A program made the translations under genes and the position numbers. From Octopus sinensis (Eukaryota): DNA of 64,000 bases. Below are positions 1 through 12,450 of the stretch, piece by piece. Every line of letters begins with the position of its first letter. The first letter of the stretch is position 1. The notes beneath the pieces are model-generated. The model worked only from the letters and a program-made list of their open reading frames with translations. It did no database searches and was not told the origin of the DNA. The DNA is taken from positions 1 to 64,000 of the forward strand of contig NW_021832611.1 of the NCBI RefSeq assembly GCF_006345805.1. The letters run 5' to 3'.

Positions 1-180
1 TATTACCAATGTTAAATGTTTGTAGCTATGTTGCGCTTTGCTGATTTGAAGTTGATGAGATATTCTGTTTAGAATTAGAAGTTCCATTATTTTTGAAGTG
101 GTGCATAGAAGTGTAATTGGTCTGTACGATGATAAGTCGAGGCTGGTTTATTTGGTTTTAATTTCGTGATTTATGCAACA
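1..180 (-). mobile_element. Non-LTR retrotransposon RT fragment (APE-RT type), cut by the window edge
   Basis: Minus-strand translation SSYRPITLLCTTSKIMELLILNRISHQLQISKAQHSYK matches the RT domain 1-2 motif YRPISLL..SKI.E. Confidence 0.55.
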
Positions 181-560
181 GGCTCGAAGAATTGGAAACC
201 CTAATTTCCCGCATTTCCAAACTTGAATCCCATTTGTGCCTTTTCTTGCTCAAGAACTATCTCTTTATTCCGAAGCTAACTTATCTCATGCGCTCATTGC
301 CCTGCTTTCTCGAACAAAATTACATATCTCGTCTCGACAACATGGTCTCCAAAGCTCTTGAGCTACTTGTAAATACTAAATTCAAACCTTCAGACATGCG
401 ACGGGTTAATCTACCTATTCGTTACGGGGGCATCGGCATTCGTTCTTGGGGCGATTTATCCCTCCCATGTTACCTTTCCCCGTTGTCTGTTTCCGCTAGT
501 TTCGTCGACTGTGTTCTCTTCCCCTTCTCTGAACAGCTCGAGTTGTTGGAATGCACGGTT
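181..560 (+). mobile_element. Internal fragment of CRE-clade non-LTR retrotransposon
   Basis: Near-identical to 60120-60500 of the full-length element (ETLISRISKLESHL..FLLKNYLFIPKLTYLMRS...RYGGIGIRS). Confidence 0.85.
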
Positions 561-649
561 AATTAGTAATTAGTTTCTTTTTATTAATTAACTATTAATT
601 AGTTTCTTTTTATTAATAAAGGACTCAGTTTAAATTAATAAATTACTAT

Positions 650-3600
650 TGTTTTTTTCTAAAAACTGGATATCTAAATGGTTCATTATTGTCATTGTAA
701 GGAGATTTTATTGCTTTAAAATCTGAGTCCAAAAATATTTGAATTTTCCACAGTATAGTCTTCTAAAATATATAAAGCTTTCATAATATCACAACTTTTA
801 TTACTACTCTTGGAGTTACACCAAAGATATCTAAACATGCATTTACAACATTATTTTTCTATAAATTAATTTTATTAATGTAATAGATACCATGGAAAAG
901 TCCAAATCGCTAGGTTTAATGTTTGCTTTAGACAAAAACCTGAAGTATTGAATAAACAAATGCAACTTTTCAGGATCAAACTTTTCTCGTAATTCTAAAC
1001 ATTTTTCAAAATAAGTTTTTTCATTTTCAAATTTTCCTCCATTTGATATCCATGTTGCTTCCCTGAATTCTAACAAAAATTTTATTACATTGATGTTTTT
1101 TGATTATTTTGTGGATTGAATGTCCAATATTTATATAGTTCGTTTTCAATTGACTAGAATGAAGTAATTTAATAAAACTTTCAGTTCCGTTATATCAAAT
1201 TCTCGTTTATTTGTTTCATTTTTTTCATCAAAAATAACTAATCCAAAAATTCTCCATCCAGAGAAACCATCTTTTTCAAATTTATAATTCAGTTCATTAG
1301 TATTGAGCTATATTAAATAATTTTATTTTTTACTTCAATTTCGGCTGGAGGCCAGATAAACTCAAAAATATAGTCAGGCACGATATAATTTTTTAGCATT
1401 CGATCATCATCAAAACTAGTTGGACGACTTAAAAAATATATTTTTGATATTACTAAAATTTAAAATTGTCTAGTTCTATGTCTTCTGGTTCTGAACTGCA
1501 TTCGAATTGATCTGCTTGGTATTCTTCAGTTTCTCCCGACAAATGCGTTTCTTCCACTTCAGAAGAAATTTTTGCCGCTTGAAAAGTAATTTAATTTTTT
1601 AAACATTGAATTGACTGTTGATTAGCCGCACAAGCAAAATCTTCATTTCTGATATACTATGAATAAAAATATGTAAACTTGTCAATATCAAATAATGTTT
1701 CCATAATTTTATATTCCGGTATATTATCGGTGAAAATTTTGTTGGCATGGTTAAGAAGAGTATAAATTACTTTTATTGAGGTGTTATCGAGAATATTTGC
1801 CATATTTTGATTATTTATATTTGTAGCAAATATAAGCGCCAGATTAGCTAAAGTCATTTTGTTGCTTTCAGATACAGCGGCAACTCTAAAAAAAACTAAA
1901 AAATTTGATGAACTACTTTGTTAAAAAAAGGCAAAGAAATTGAAGGTTTTTTCTATAAACAGATGAAATAGATTTTATGACTCCTTTTATTTTTTCCAAA
2001 TCATTTTCATTTTTTGAAGTAGAAACTAATATTTCAAATTAGTTTTTTAGTAATTTTTCATAATGCATTAAAAAATCCTTAACCTATGCTTTCTAATTTT
2101 TTTAGATATTCAGATGGTAGTAATGGGCTGGACAAATTACGCAAATATTCCTTAAAAACATCACAGTAGTCCATTATGTCACAGTTGGAATAATAATAAC
2201 CTTTAAAATGGGGAAAAAATTAAAACCTGATTCAAAAAGATTTTTTAGTTTTTTGATATTTATAGCATTTCCCGCAAGACGAAAAACTCCTTCAGTCGAA
2301 ATGTTTAAAGAAGTAATTTTTTCAACACAGAAAATGAGAATAGGTGAAATCTCAAATCCAGACATCTAGTTTTATATTATACGTTTATCACCTGACAGTG
2401 CTCTTTGATAGATCCACCGAATATTTTACAATTTTCTCCCCATTTTCCAATTGAAAAAAGCTTCTCTTCGAACTTAATTAAACCTGTTCTAATTAAAAAT
2501 AATTTCTTGTCATCAAATACCCAATAATAAAATTATTTGAGATTTTTGCATTTGATTCAATAACAATTCCAGAACAAAAATTTGTTGAGATCTTTGCTTC
2601 TTGCAATCTGGCTAATGCCATTATCCTTTCCTCGAAATTCTAAATTAAATATCTAAAACCAGTCTACATTGAAAATTGGAACTAAAAGAGGTTTTAACTG
2701 TTTCCAAGGTGTTCCTTCTTTATATCCATTAAAAAGTACTTCTTCAACTGTTTTTTTGAGAGTAGACACCGACGATAACTAAATATATACTCTATGATGT
2801 TACTTTATATAGTTGTTGCTCACAAATTGAAATCTTTTCCTTATTTTTAATTAAAACTTCTGGAAATTTTGCAAGATATTCAATTTCTGATTCGGAAATT
2901 ACATTAGACTAAAATGTTTTAATTCATAAAACGCACTTTCCGATAAAAATATTTACAAAATCGCTTTTTTGAACAACTTTCGAAAAAAGATTTTATATTT
3001 TCTTTGTAAAATTCCTCGTCTTCAACAACATTGAAGACACCCGTGATTGAGGTTAGTAGAAGTGAAAATGAAGGAATTTTACTTGAGCTAAGATCAACAA
3101 CTTCTTTTAGATTCTCAAAAAAAGTGTCAAACAAGATTTGAAATCCAGCATCACTCATCTATTATGTTTAATAAGAATGTAGACAAATATGATTTCTTCA
3201 AATAAAGCGTTTATAAAAAATTCTAATCCCTGGTTGATTTTGGCAGTTTCTTGCATGAGCAATGCAAAATTGTAATATGCTTCTCTGTGATACTTCATTG
3301 AAGACTCCATTTTCTAATAAAGTATTAAAAGCCCAAAATACCGATTTTACATTCTTTTTATCCATTTTTTTAATTAACTCGTCATCTTTTTTAACTGATT
3401 TGTTAAAAGCAGTCATATAAGTTGATAGTAACTTTAAATGGTTAAAATAATATTTTACTTTGGAATGCTGATCATTAAGCTTGTTAATATATACTTGATA
3501 TTTATTCAAAATTGCGGAACACTGAATAATTATGCATAATTATACCGAAACTACAAGGAAGTCACATAAATTTGGAAAAATATCACTAATTAAGGGAAGT

Positions 3601-3965
3601 CCACATAGAGTATAATTCGAAAATGGACGAATGTATGCTGCCTGGCTATCCCCAAATGCCATCAAAGAGCAATTAAGGCCTGAAAGTTCAACAGATCGAA
3701 TAATTCTATTATAGTTACAAATTAAGTAATTATACTTTGTTTTCTCGCTATAAATACGAGATATTTTTTCCAACGAATTGGTATAATCACGGCTTGCCTG
3801 GCCACATTTGTGTAAAATTTCGCACCATTCAGTAAAAAGTAATTTGTACTCTCCATTTCTTGCAGTGATAATTTCTTTAGCCTTATCAATTAAACTCTGG
3901 ACAGCTGAAAAATAAATCCTTGAACTTGTACATTTTAAAGGAATTATATAACTATGGGTTTCCAT
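650..3965 (-). CDS. Multi-exon RhoGAP-domain protein (ends approximate)
   Basis: Exon ORFs PILIFCVEKITSLNISTEGVFRLAGNAINIKKLK (arginine-finger region) and NKMTLANLALIFATNI; further same-strand exon ORFs at 2919-3965 and 843-1076. Confidence 0.6.
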
Positions 3966-4084
3966 TATTAAGATTTGAAAATTAATTGAAGAATAATTCA
4001 GAGTTATAATTACAATATTGTAATAATAAATTTATTAAAATGAAAATTTTTTACTAAATTAAATAAAAAAACAAGATTTTTTAT

Positions 4085-4497
4085 TTATTAACAAAATGAT
4101 GGCAACTATGAAGATTTTCCGAAAATGCAAACAATGGATCAGCTTCCCCACACGCCAATCAATCTACCGGCAATACATCGAACCCTCCATTAGTTATGCT
4201 TGTGAGGCGTGGGGAAAATTTTTCAGTGAAACGAACCGCAAAAAAATCGAAAAAACTCAAGAAAGATTTCGGAAAGCACTACAAAGACCGAATGAACATC
4301 TATTCATCAAAGAAATCTTGGGAAGAAACCTTGGGTCTACAGACCCTAAAACTCCACCACCGCGCCCTCATAGAAATTGTGTCGGGACTAGGAGGAGCAC
4401 CGGGCAAAGATGAGGACCCTCCTCAGAGAAGCCGGGATCACCTGATTAATTAGTTCTATGTTTTGGATGGTGATCTTGGTTCTAATAATAATAATTG
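4085..4497 (+). mobile_element. 3' fragment of Ingi/Vingi-like LINE with (AAT)n tail
   Basis: IYRQYIEPSISYACEAWG...KIEKTQER and frameshifted EHRAKMRTLLREAGIT* are homologous to the C-terminus of the 35291-38150 element; 3' hairpin and TAA tail. Confidence 0.75.
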
Positions 4498-5249
4498 TAA
4501 CTATGAAGATTTCCAAAATATAGATTATTGCAAGTTAACATTTCAAATTTTTTTTGAGTCTAATTATTTCAAAATGATTTTTGCTGGCTATCGGTATTAT
4601 GAACAATTCACCAACAAACAACCTGATATCTTCTTAATTCAATTCCCAAATTCGATTAGTTCCCGACAGATGACTTTTTTGACTTTCAAGAAAGCCGCAA
4701 GACCTAGAGATTTGGCTATATAAGCTGAAAGACGTGAAGTCTTGCTTTTGAATTTCTCTTTAACAGTCTTTAAAATAACTTCTGGAGTAATAGAAATTAT
4801 TAAAACAATCTTTAAAAAAGACTCTGGTTCTTAACCTGACTTCAAAATTTAATTTCGTTTAGACATACTTTTCCATCAACTAAAAGGTTTTCAATTGATT
4901 CAATCAACTACTAGAATCATAGACAAGCATCTTTTATCTTAAAAATACTAGATGTCGAAGTTTTACTCTTGCAAACACATTATCAAATACATTATCAGAA
5001 AAAGTAGATATGGATACCAATAATTAATTTACCATAAGTTAAAAGCCGATATTTAAAATGAAAATTATTTATATAAATGGAGAAAATGAGCTTTAAACTA
5101 TTAATCAAAAAAATTTGATTTTTTAAAAATCAGGGTTTTACATTGCGTTATTTTCATTATATGGGCTCTTAATATCTAAATCTGATTCGAATTTACAGAT
5201 AGACTTCTTTTCAGATGATCTTGTTTACATTTTTAGAGGAAAATTTTAT

Positions 5250-5375
5250 CGTTTAACGACATCGTGAAAAGAGCACTAGATGAGGTCGGATACTACTCCA
5301 ATTTGTTGGAGTCGACCGTGGCGATAGGCAACATCCTGATGGAATGACCATTTGCCCTTTTAAATGTGGAAACAC
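5250..5375 (+). mobile_element. Degenerate CRE-clade endonuclease (RLE) fragment
   Basis: LNDIVKRALDEVGY...DRQHPDGMTICPFKCG matches LNDVVKRALESAGF...DGKRPDGMTIFPFREG of other copies. Confidence 0.55.
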
Positions 5376-5611
5376 GGAATTATTAGTAATATTAATTCAT
5401 TTAATGAAATTAGTCAAATCTAATTTTGAATTCAAATCTCTTCTAAATTTTTTAAATGCTTTTCGAAATTCTTTGAATGCCTTTCAAAAATCTTTTATTT
5501 CAAGCCAATCTTTAAATTACATTTTGAGGAGGAGACTATTTCATTGCGTTCTTAACTCGATGGGTTTGCAACCTACTCGACTACCGCAGTCTAGATTCAG
5601 GGCCTACCTCT

Positions 5612-6350
5612 TTAACAGGCATCGATAACCCGTGCCTTGTCTCGGCTTGCATGCTTTCTAAGGTCTTCCGCAACACCAGTGTATGCCTTCACCCTATCCT
5701 CCACGCCAAGCACCGCCAGATAATTTTTGAAGTATTTTGACACTATTCCGTCCCAGGTCATGACGAAAGGGACGATCTTTACCTTCGCCCGGTGGATCAC
5801 TCCCAGTTCATTTGCTAGCAAGTGGTATTTGTGAAACTTTTCCACTTCGACCTGCTTGAGAAAATTTTGGGAAGTGATCCCCACCTCGATGAGTATAATT
5901 GTGTTGCTCGATTTGTCTTGAACAAATATGCCGGGCTTGTTATTTGGGCTAGCATAATCAGTCGAGAGGTATGTATCGACTCGGATTTCCACAAATTCAT
6001 TGCTGGTAACAGATTGGACTGAATGCGTTTTTTAATTTTTTCGACTTTTTAATTCCATATTTGCGACATAGATGTAAATGTAAACATTTGACCACTTCGT
6101 TATGGCGTCTAAGGTAGGGACCATTAAGCATTCGCCCATATCTGGTAGCAAGGTGATCGACGGTCTTCTTGGACGAGTTGCAGTGGCTGCATTTATTCTC
6201 TCCTTTGCTGAAAAACAAGTTCCGGTCTTGCAACAGGCACAGATTTGCTTTTTAAGTCCGGGGAGAATTGTTTCCATTAATTAACCATCCGCAAGCCTCA
6301 TACACATCAACTTTGGTATCCTTAAACAAGAAGTTGGTTCTGGTTTAAAG
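5612..6350 (-). mobile_element. R4/Dong-like RLE non-LTR retrotransposon, C-terminal fragment
   Basis: CCHC-type knuckle CSHC...DHLATRYGRM..YLRRHNEV followed by PD..D-E-K-type endonuclease KPGIFVQDK...LIEVGIT...EKFHKY; frameshifted. Confidence 0.8.
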
Positions 6351-7096
6351 AGATTCTAGAGATCCGTAAGGGACTTATACAAAATGTTATCCTAGTGCTT
6401 CTAAGAAGAAGTAAAACCCAGAACCTTGTGTAATCTCTCTTGCCAAATATCATTTTGATTATGTTCTAAATATCATTTTAAAGCCGTTTAATTATGATTT
6501 TTTGATAAATTTACAAATTCGAACGATTCTAAACAATCATCCTTTTAAAATGTACTTTTGAATTTTGTAACAATATCTGCAATCGCGACATTATTCGAAA
6601 ATCTGAAATATTTCAATAGCTTTGGATAAGATCTTATAGACCAGAGATCGATAAAGGCTAGCTCATCAGCTTTTGGTGACTCTTTAAATTTCAAGTAGGT
6701 TCCTTCAATAAAAATTAAACCAAAATTGATAATACGCGATATTTTTAATTAAAATGAAGGGAATCTTTCAAATTTTGAAGATATCCAATAGGTGACTCAC
6801 GAAAGAAAGCTATAAAAAAACTTGTCAAAATATTTAGTTTGAGAATTAATTTTTTAAATATTGGCAACACAAAAAGGAATCCTCTTCCGGATTCTTTTTA
6901 TGAATTAAAAAATTGCATATAGAATTATGACAATTTTTGGGTTCACTATAGATGTAAACAAAGTTTTTCGCATTTGAATCAAATCAAAATTAAGAAACAA
7001 AATTGCAGACCTGAACCTAGAATCAAACCACAAATTAGAATTGACTAGTAACGACCTTATTGAACTTTTGATTTTATTAAGTTAGGTTAATGAAAT

Positions 7097-7615
7097 TCAG
7101 TATATTCGAACATTGACACCAATTTGGTTTTCTAAATTCGAAATATTAAAGACAGTCCTAAACGCGAATTTGGCGCAGGCGACCATTAAATCGCTGTCGA
7201 AAAACTTCCAAGTAACATGTAGATGCACCGGCTATATGATAAATATATCAAAAAATACTATTGTGAATATATTGGGAAGTTTCCTTTTATAGTTAAAAGA
7301 GATTTTATCGCCTCCCAATGATGGACAATTCTCCAAGAAATAACGACATGCGTTGAAAGTTGTAAAAATAGGAATGTGTTTTGCAATGACTGCTTTCGGT
7401 TTAAAATTGCTGATTCGTTGGTCTAAAAATAAAATCGCATCTATACATATTGTTAGATTTATTTGTGTCTCTAATTCTTCGCCTGCATATACAATACATG
7501 AAGTCATGTTACAATTTTTTACATCAATGCTTGTATGTACCGATCCCTTGTTACAGGGATCAAATGGTATTTGACCACAAGTCACGTTAGACAAAATACA
7601 ACTTGTTATTATCAT
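7097..7615 (-). CDS. Secreted ML-domain (NPC2/MD-2-like) lipid-binding protein
   Basis: Signal peptide, FDPC..G..SIDVKNC...CIV..GEE, NACRYFLENCP, and last exon VTWKFFDSDLMVACAKF joined by a 27-nt phase-0 intron; stop at 7097. Confidence 0.65.
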
Positions 7616-7639
7616 GTTTTATCACAAACGCGAACCTAA

Positions 7640-8300
7640 TTTTTTATTTAACCCAGAATCACCAACAGTTAATTAGGGTAATAATTAGGTGATTCCAACA
7701 ATCCTCAAGATCTTTCTCAGCTTTTCCCGATGTTGGACTCTGGACATAACGCAAGTGCGGAACGGGCGGGGAGCAGTTTTTGTGAGGAATTGAATCGGGG
7801 TGATGTGCTTCTGGTTGTTGAGGTCTTGGTCTTTTGGCAGGTGGTCCTGTTGGATGGCTAAGAAACCCTTTCCATCTTTCTTAATAAGGTGGTCAAGCGG
7901 AGTTGGGATAATGTTGTTCAAATTTGAAATTTTCGTTATGCTAGCCGCGGCTCGGCATAGTGTAGTCTCAATTTTAAGGCGGTTAAACCATGAGAGATTA
8001 GTACCCCATGCGGCGCAGGCTAGCCAATTGTTGGTTCGATGAATTGTTTGTAGAGAGTGCCGAGAGCCGGGAACTGTGTCGGTGTTACTCCGCTAAAAAT
8101 TATTTTCAGGAAGACCAGATCAAGCTGAACCTCTGCCTGTTTACAAATGCCCCGTCAAATGCAGCCAGCCACCCGGTACAATCTTGTGGAAAGATCACCG
8201 AGCAAAGATGAAGTCCCTGGTCGAGTGCATCGGGATCACGTGACGTTTATTCGGTTTTTACCGTGGTCTTGGTTAAATAAAATAAAAAATCGACACTGGT
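7640..8300 (-). mobile_element. 3' fragment of Ingi/Vingi-like LINE
   Basis: TLYKQFIEPTIG*ACAAWG...CVMSRVQHREKLRKILRIVGIT* aligns with the 35291 element C-terminus; same 3' hairpin. Confidence 0.75.
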
Positions 8301-8499
8301 GTGAGTTGGTGCCAAATTTTTTAAACAAGTTCTATTAGATACTCCCTTATACTGATTTTGACTGATAAAACACCGTTAAAATTGAAAACTGTTAAAAGTA
8401 AGAAAAAGGGGAATTATTTTAATCCAATTCAAAATATATTACAAAATAAAAATGAATTTAATCATTTTCAATATGCTGAAAAATAACAAAATGCACATG

Positions 8500-9470
8500 A
8501 TACCTGAACACTCTAGCACTTGGAATAGACTCACGATTTACAGAATCGAATGCCTTTTTAACATCAATCCATGGCGAGTAGAGATTGTTCTGATACTCCT
8601 TATTGAACATTGATAAATAAGGGCCTGTTCTTTTGCACCCTGGCATCCCTTTCCCGTTCCCAGCTGGTTATCGGGAAGTAGACCAAATGAATCCACAAAG
8701 TCCAATAGTTTTGGTTGACGCATTTAGTTACTATCTTATGAAGATTAGCCACGCACGTGATTGACCGAAGATCGTTCAAGGTTTCGCAAACGTTTTTTGA
8801 GATCAAATATGTGAATCCAGTATAAAACCATTTCCAGGAATGTAACCTCCTCGGACTATTCTGCCAATCTCCTTGCATAGGGGGCCATGCAGCGAATCCA
8901 TTTTTTTAATAAAAAAGTTGTAGACACCATCGCAGCCACTTTCCTTCCAGTCAGGGCCGCACTTGATAATGTTCAGTCAAACTCTTCACTAAATTCGGGC
9001 GTCGGAGTCTCATAATCGTCCATCGAATAGAGAATTTCGACTTTTCCACTCCAAACATTTCTCAATTCATTCGAAGTCATTAAAGTTCAATTTAACAACT
9101 CAATTTTCACATAGATTCCTATAGAACCTTCGGTGGTTTAGCGCAAAGCATTTGCTGTACTTTCGGAACTCACTCATCGTTTTGTGAACAGATATTTGTT
9201 TCATTCTAAGCCGTATTAAATATTCAATTAATGATTGAATTCGGGATAGTTCTCCCTTCTTGCATTTCTTATAGGCACATATACACAGCACATCTATCAC
9301 TTTTTTGCTTTTCGGATATCGGGAATGCTTATTTACAGTAGTTTTTCACTATTTCTGATGGTGCATTAAAGTTGTAGTTTTTTTCTCCGTAGCTTTAACC
9401 CAGTTAGAACTAGTCCTCTTTTTATACGTTAAGTACTGAAATGCTTGCTATTAGTACTGATCCATAGTGA
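8500..9470 (-). mobile_element. R4-like retrotransposon, N-terminal and RT domain 0-3 fragment
   Basis: LRSITCVANLHKIVTK, NQLGTGKGCQGAKEQALI and WIDVKKAFDSV across frameshifts. Confidence 0.75.
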
Positions 9471-9970
9471 TAGTGTTCAAATGATATTTGACACAAGTCA
9501 CGTTAGACAAATAAAAATTGTCATTGTCAAATTTAATTAAAAACAGAATTTGATGTTAATTTAATCAAAAAAATTTTACTATTGAAAAAAGTATATAATT
9601 AAAAAAAACATTTATTTTAATAAAAAATGTTTTAATTGAAACAAATAACTGTATCTACACTGGTATTTATTGGATGGAATTTTAATAATTGATTTTTAAA
9701 ACAAATTTTATTATAGTTATTAGTAATAATGATATGTAATATTTTCTTTTTAATCTATATTTATTTATGTATAATATTAAAAAATATTTTTATTTAATGC
9801 GGCGAACCTTATCAACAATGGACATTATAGCAAATTTGAATATTTATACACACTAAACCGTTCTTATTCTTCTTTGTGGTGTAATTAGAATAATTAGACG
9901 GTTTGTTAAAATTTCTTATTTATTAATTTAAGGCAGTGAATCAGTTTTTAATATAAATATTAGTAGGGAG

Positions 9971-12450
9971 ATGCCTCTTTTATGGAATAAACCATTTGTA
10001 AAACTACCCCAACCAAGTGATTTAGAAGACGAAGACGAAATATTCGTATGTTGGAGGACAGGAGAAATATTCCGTGATTATGAGAGTTACTATGAACGAG
10101 TAATATTGTGCAACAGTCTGGTGTGGGGATGTTCTTTGATTGGTGGAGACGGACTGACTTTAAGCCAGGCAGTTGCTTGTGAGAGTGAATGTCGGAGAGA
10201 AGTGGAAGAACTAACAGATCCCGTAATAAAGGGGATATTATATACCCGGAATTTATTTGATGGGACTGATAAGGAGTCGTTGGTTGACAGTGTGTTTGAA
10301 TTTGTGAGTGAAGTGCTCTTTGTGGGAGAACCAATCGAATTCCGTGACAAAGAAGGGAATGGAATACGTGGGAGAGTTAGCAGAGTGGAGAGATTGGGGG
10401 AGTACTACGCCACTGCAGATGGAATAACATATCTGGCATATTCCCCACGGAGGATGATTGAATCTGTCACCAAGAGGAGAGTTGGGCTGTGTTTAAGTAT
10501 GGATTGGGAGAATGAAGACCTGGGGAATGTTTTTTCAAATATTCGGCCAGTAGTTGAGAAGAAAGGACAGTCTAAGGAGGCCAGAATTAGAAGAATTAAA
10601 CGACTGCAGTCTCATTACTGTTCACATTTACTGACTCCTAATGAAGATCTGCTTTGCCAAACTTTAAAGCCACTTCCGGACTATTTCCCACTGTCTCCCC
10701 TCCTTAGTGAGCATTTGGGAGACATTATGGCACTTGTTTACTTTGTTGATATGTTTGATCCGTTTTTGAGGAAATTCGGAGGGGCTTTTGATATTGACTG
10801 CGGTAAGAATATGTGAATATATTATAGAATTTGTCGAAAGGGCAGTTTTGGGAGACAGAGAGCGTATGTTCACATTTACAGGAGAATTGTTGAAGGTGAT
10901 CTGGGCCATGACGGGAGTGGACAAGAAGATTGATGTCCCATTTGGTTTACTTTCTTTTATATTTGGTAGAAATGACCCACAACAACATCTCAGAATTTGT
11001 TAGAAGACTTTTCTTTTGTGTGCGGAGGATAAATGTTCTTCCCAACAGTCTGAAGCATTGTTATTGACAAAGACGAGTGTATTTTGCTCATTGGAATATG
11101 AGGACATGCACTCATTTCCTTCTGAACAAAAACTACTCCTTCTATCCTACCTTGTCCAAATTATTTCAGCACATCCACACTTTCGTCCTCATCTGGAGGC
11201 ACTCAATAAAGACATTATTGCCCTCAACAAGGAAATGGCTGCTCTCACGGCAGATGAGGCCATGAAAATGATCAAATACAACAGAACAACTAACCAGATC
11301 AATCACGTCAAAACTGTTGGCAGGAAGGGAAAATGGTGGGATGAGAGTTCGGAGGACTCCGACGATCCGAACGAATCAAGAAGGGATTATAAACTCGCTA
11401 AAATACACAAACGTAAAGAACAAATCAAGACACAACTCGACAAGTATAACAATATTCAGTTATTGGGAATGGACAGACTATATAGGAAATATTATTTATT
11501 CTCACATGCTCTCTTTGTCGAGATTACTCCCAAAGCAGTATTTCTATTACAGTCAGTCATAGAGATATCTTTCTCGCCATAAACGAGTCAGACAACTTAC
11601 GATTGATCCCCACACTGAGACTTGGCAACAATTTGCCAATCGGTTTTCTCTCAATTTCAAAGATCCTCCTCACCCTCCACTCTCTTTTCAAGATGAGTTT
11701 GCCTCACTTATCACTCCTGTTTTTGATAACCCCGTTCCTCTCGACGGACTGCCTACATGGTCTGTTATACCAGACGAAGAAACATTAACTTTGTTGATGG
11801 ACTCACTCAGTACAACTGGCGTGCGGGAGATTGCATTAAAGAAGGCATTGATTAAAAATAGAGACAACATAAAATTGTCTACTCCCATCCCAGTCCATGT
11901 ACAAACTATATCTCCCCCAGTCATCTCACAGCTGTCCTACATGTCTTCTCTACTTACTCCAGATATAACTCACCAAATTCAGAGTTCACTTGAATCTCTG
12001 TCACTTCTCCCCCACAGACAACAAGTCACTCCTCTCGCCAATGCATTCGCGACTGTTGTACAGTCTGCCATTCCACAATCCATGCTTCCACCCTTTGGCA
12101 CTGCACTCAAAACCAGAAGGGGACGTAGATCCTCCGCGAAAAGACTGTCTCCTCTCCAGGATTGTGATTTTATGCAGTCTTGGATAACTCAGTTGAAACA
12201 AGTCACAAATATTTCCCAGATTGCCACAATGCTGAGTTTATTCCAACGCCATGTTTTGTGGGACTGTCCAACCACTGTTTACTGCAAGTCTTGTCGGAAA
12301 CTCAGAAAGTACGGGCTCGTCTTAACCTGTTCTGTTTGCTCATCTTATTACCACTCGGACTGTCTTCTAGATCATCCCATGGTTGTTTTTTTACATTACT
12401 TGTAGAATAGCAATGTTCCCTGGGTGTGTAATCAATGTGTTTCACACTAA
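9971..12450 (+). CDS. BAZ1A: ACF1/BAZ1A-family chromatin-remodelling subunit (WAC, DDT, WHIM/WSD, PHD; no bromodomain)
   Basis: WAC MPLLWNKPF...TGEIFRDYESYYER..LCNSLVWGCSL; LGMDRLYRKYY; LMDSLSTTGVRE.ALKKAL; terminal PHD CKSC...CSVCSSYYHSDC...WVCNQC; short GT-AG introns. Confidence 0.9.

Noticed and set aside
9960-12410. Antisense and alternate-frame ORFs over BAZ1A (likewise over POLG, the LINE, CRE and hAT)
   Set aside because: Shadow ORFs of real coding sequence with no independent support
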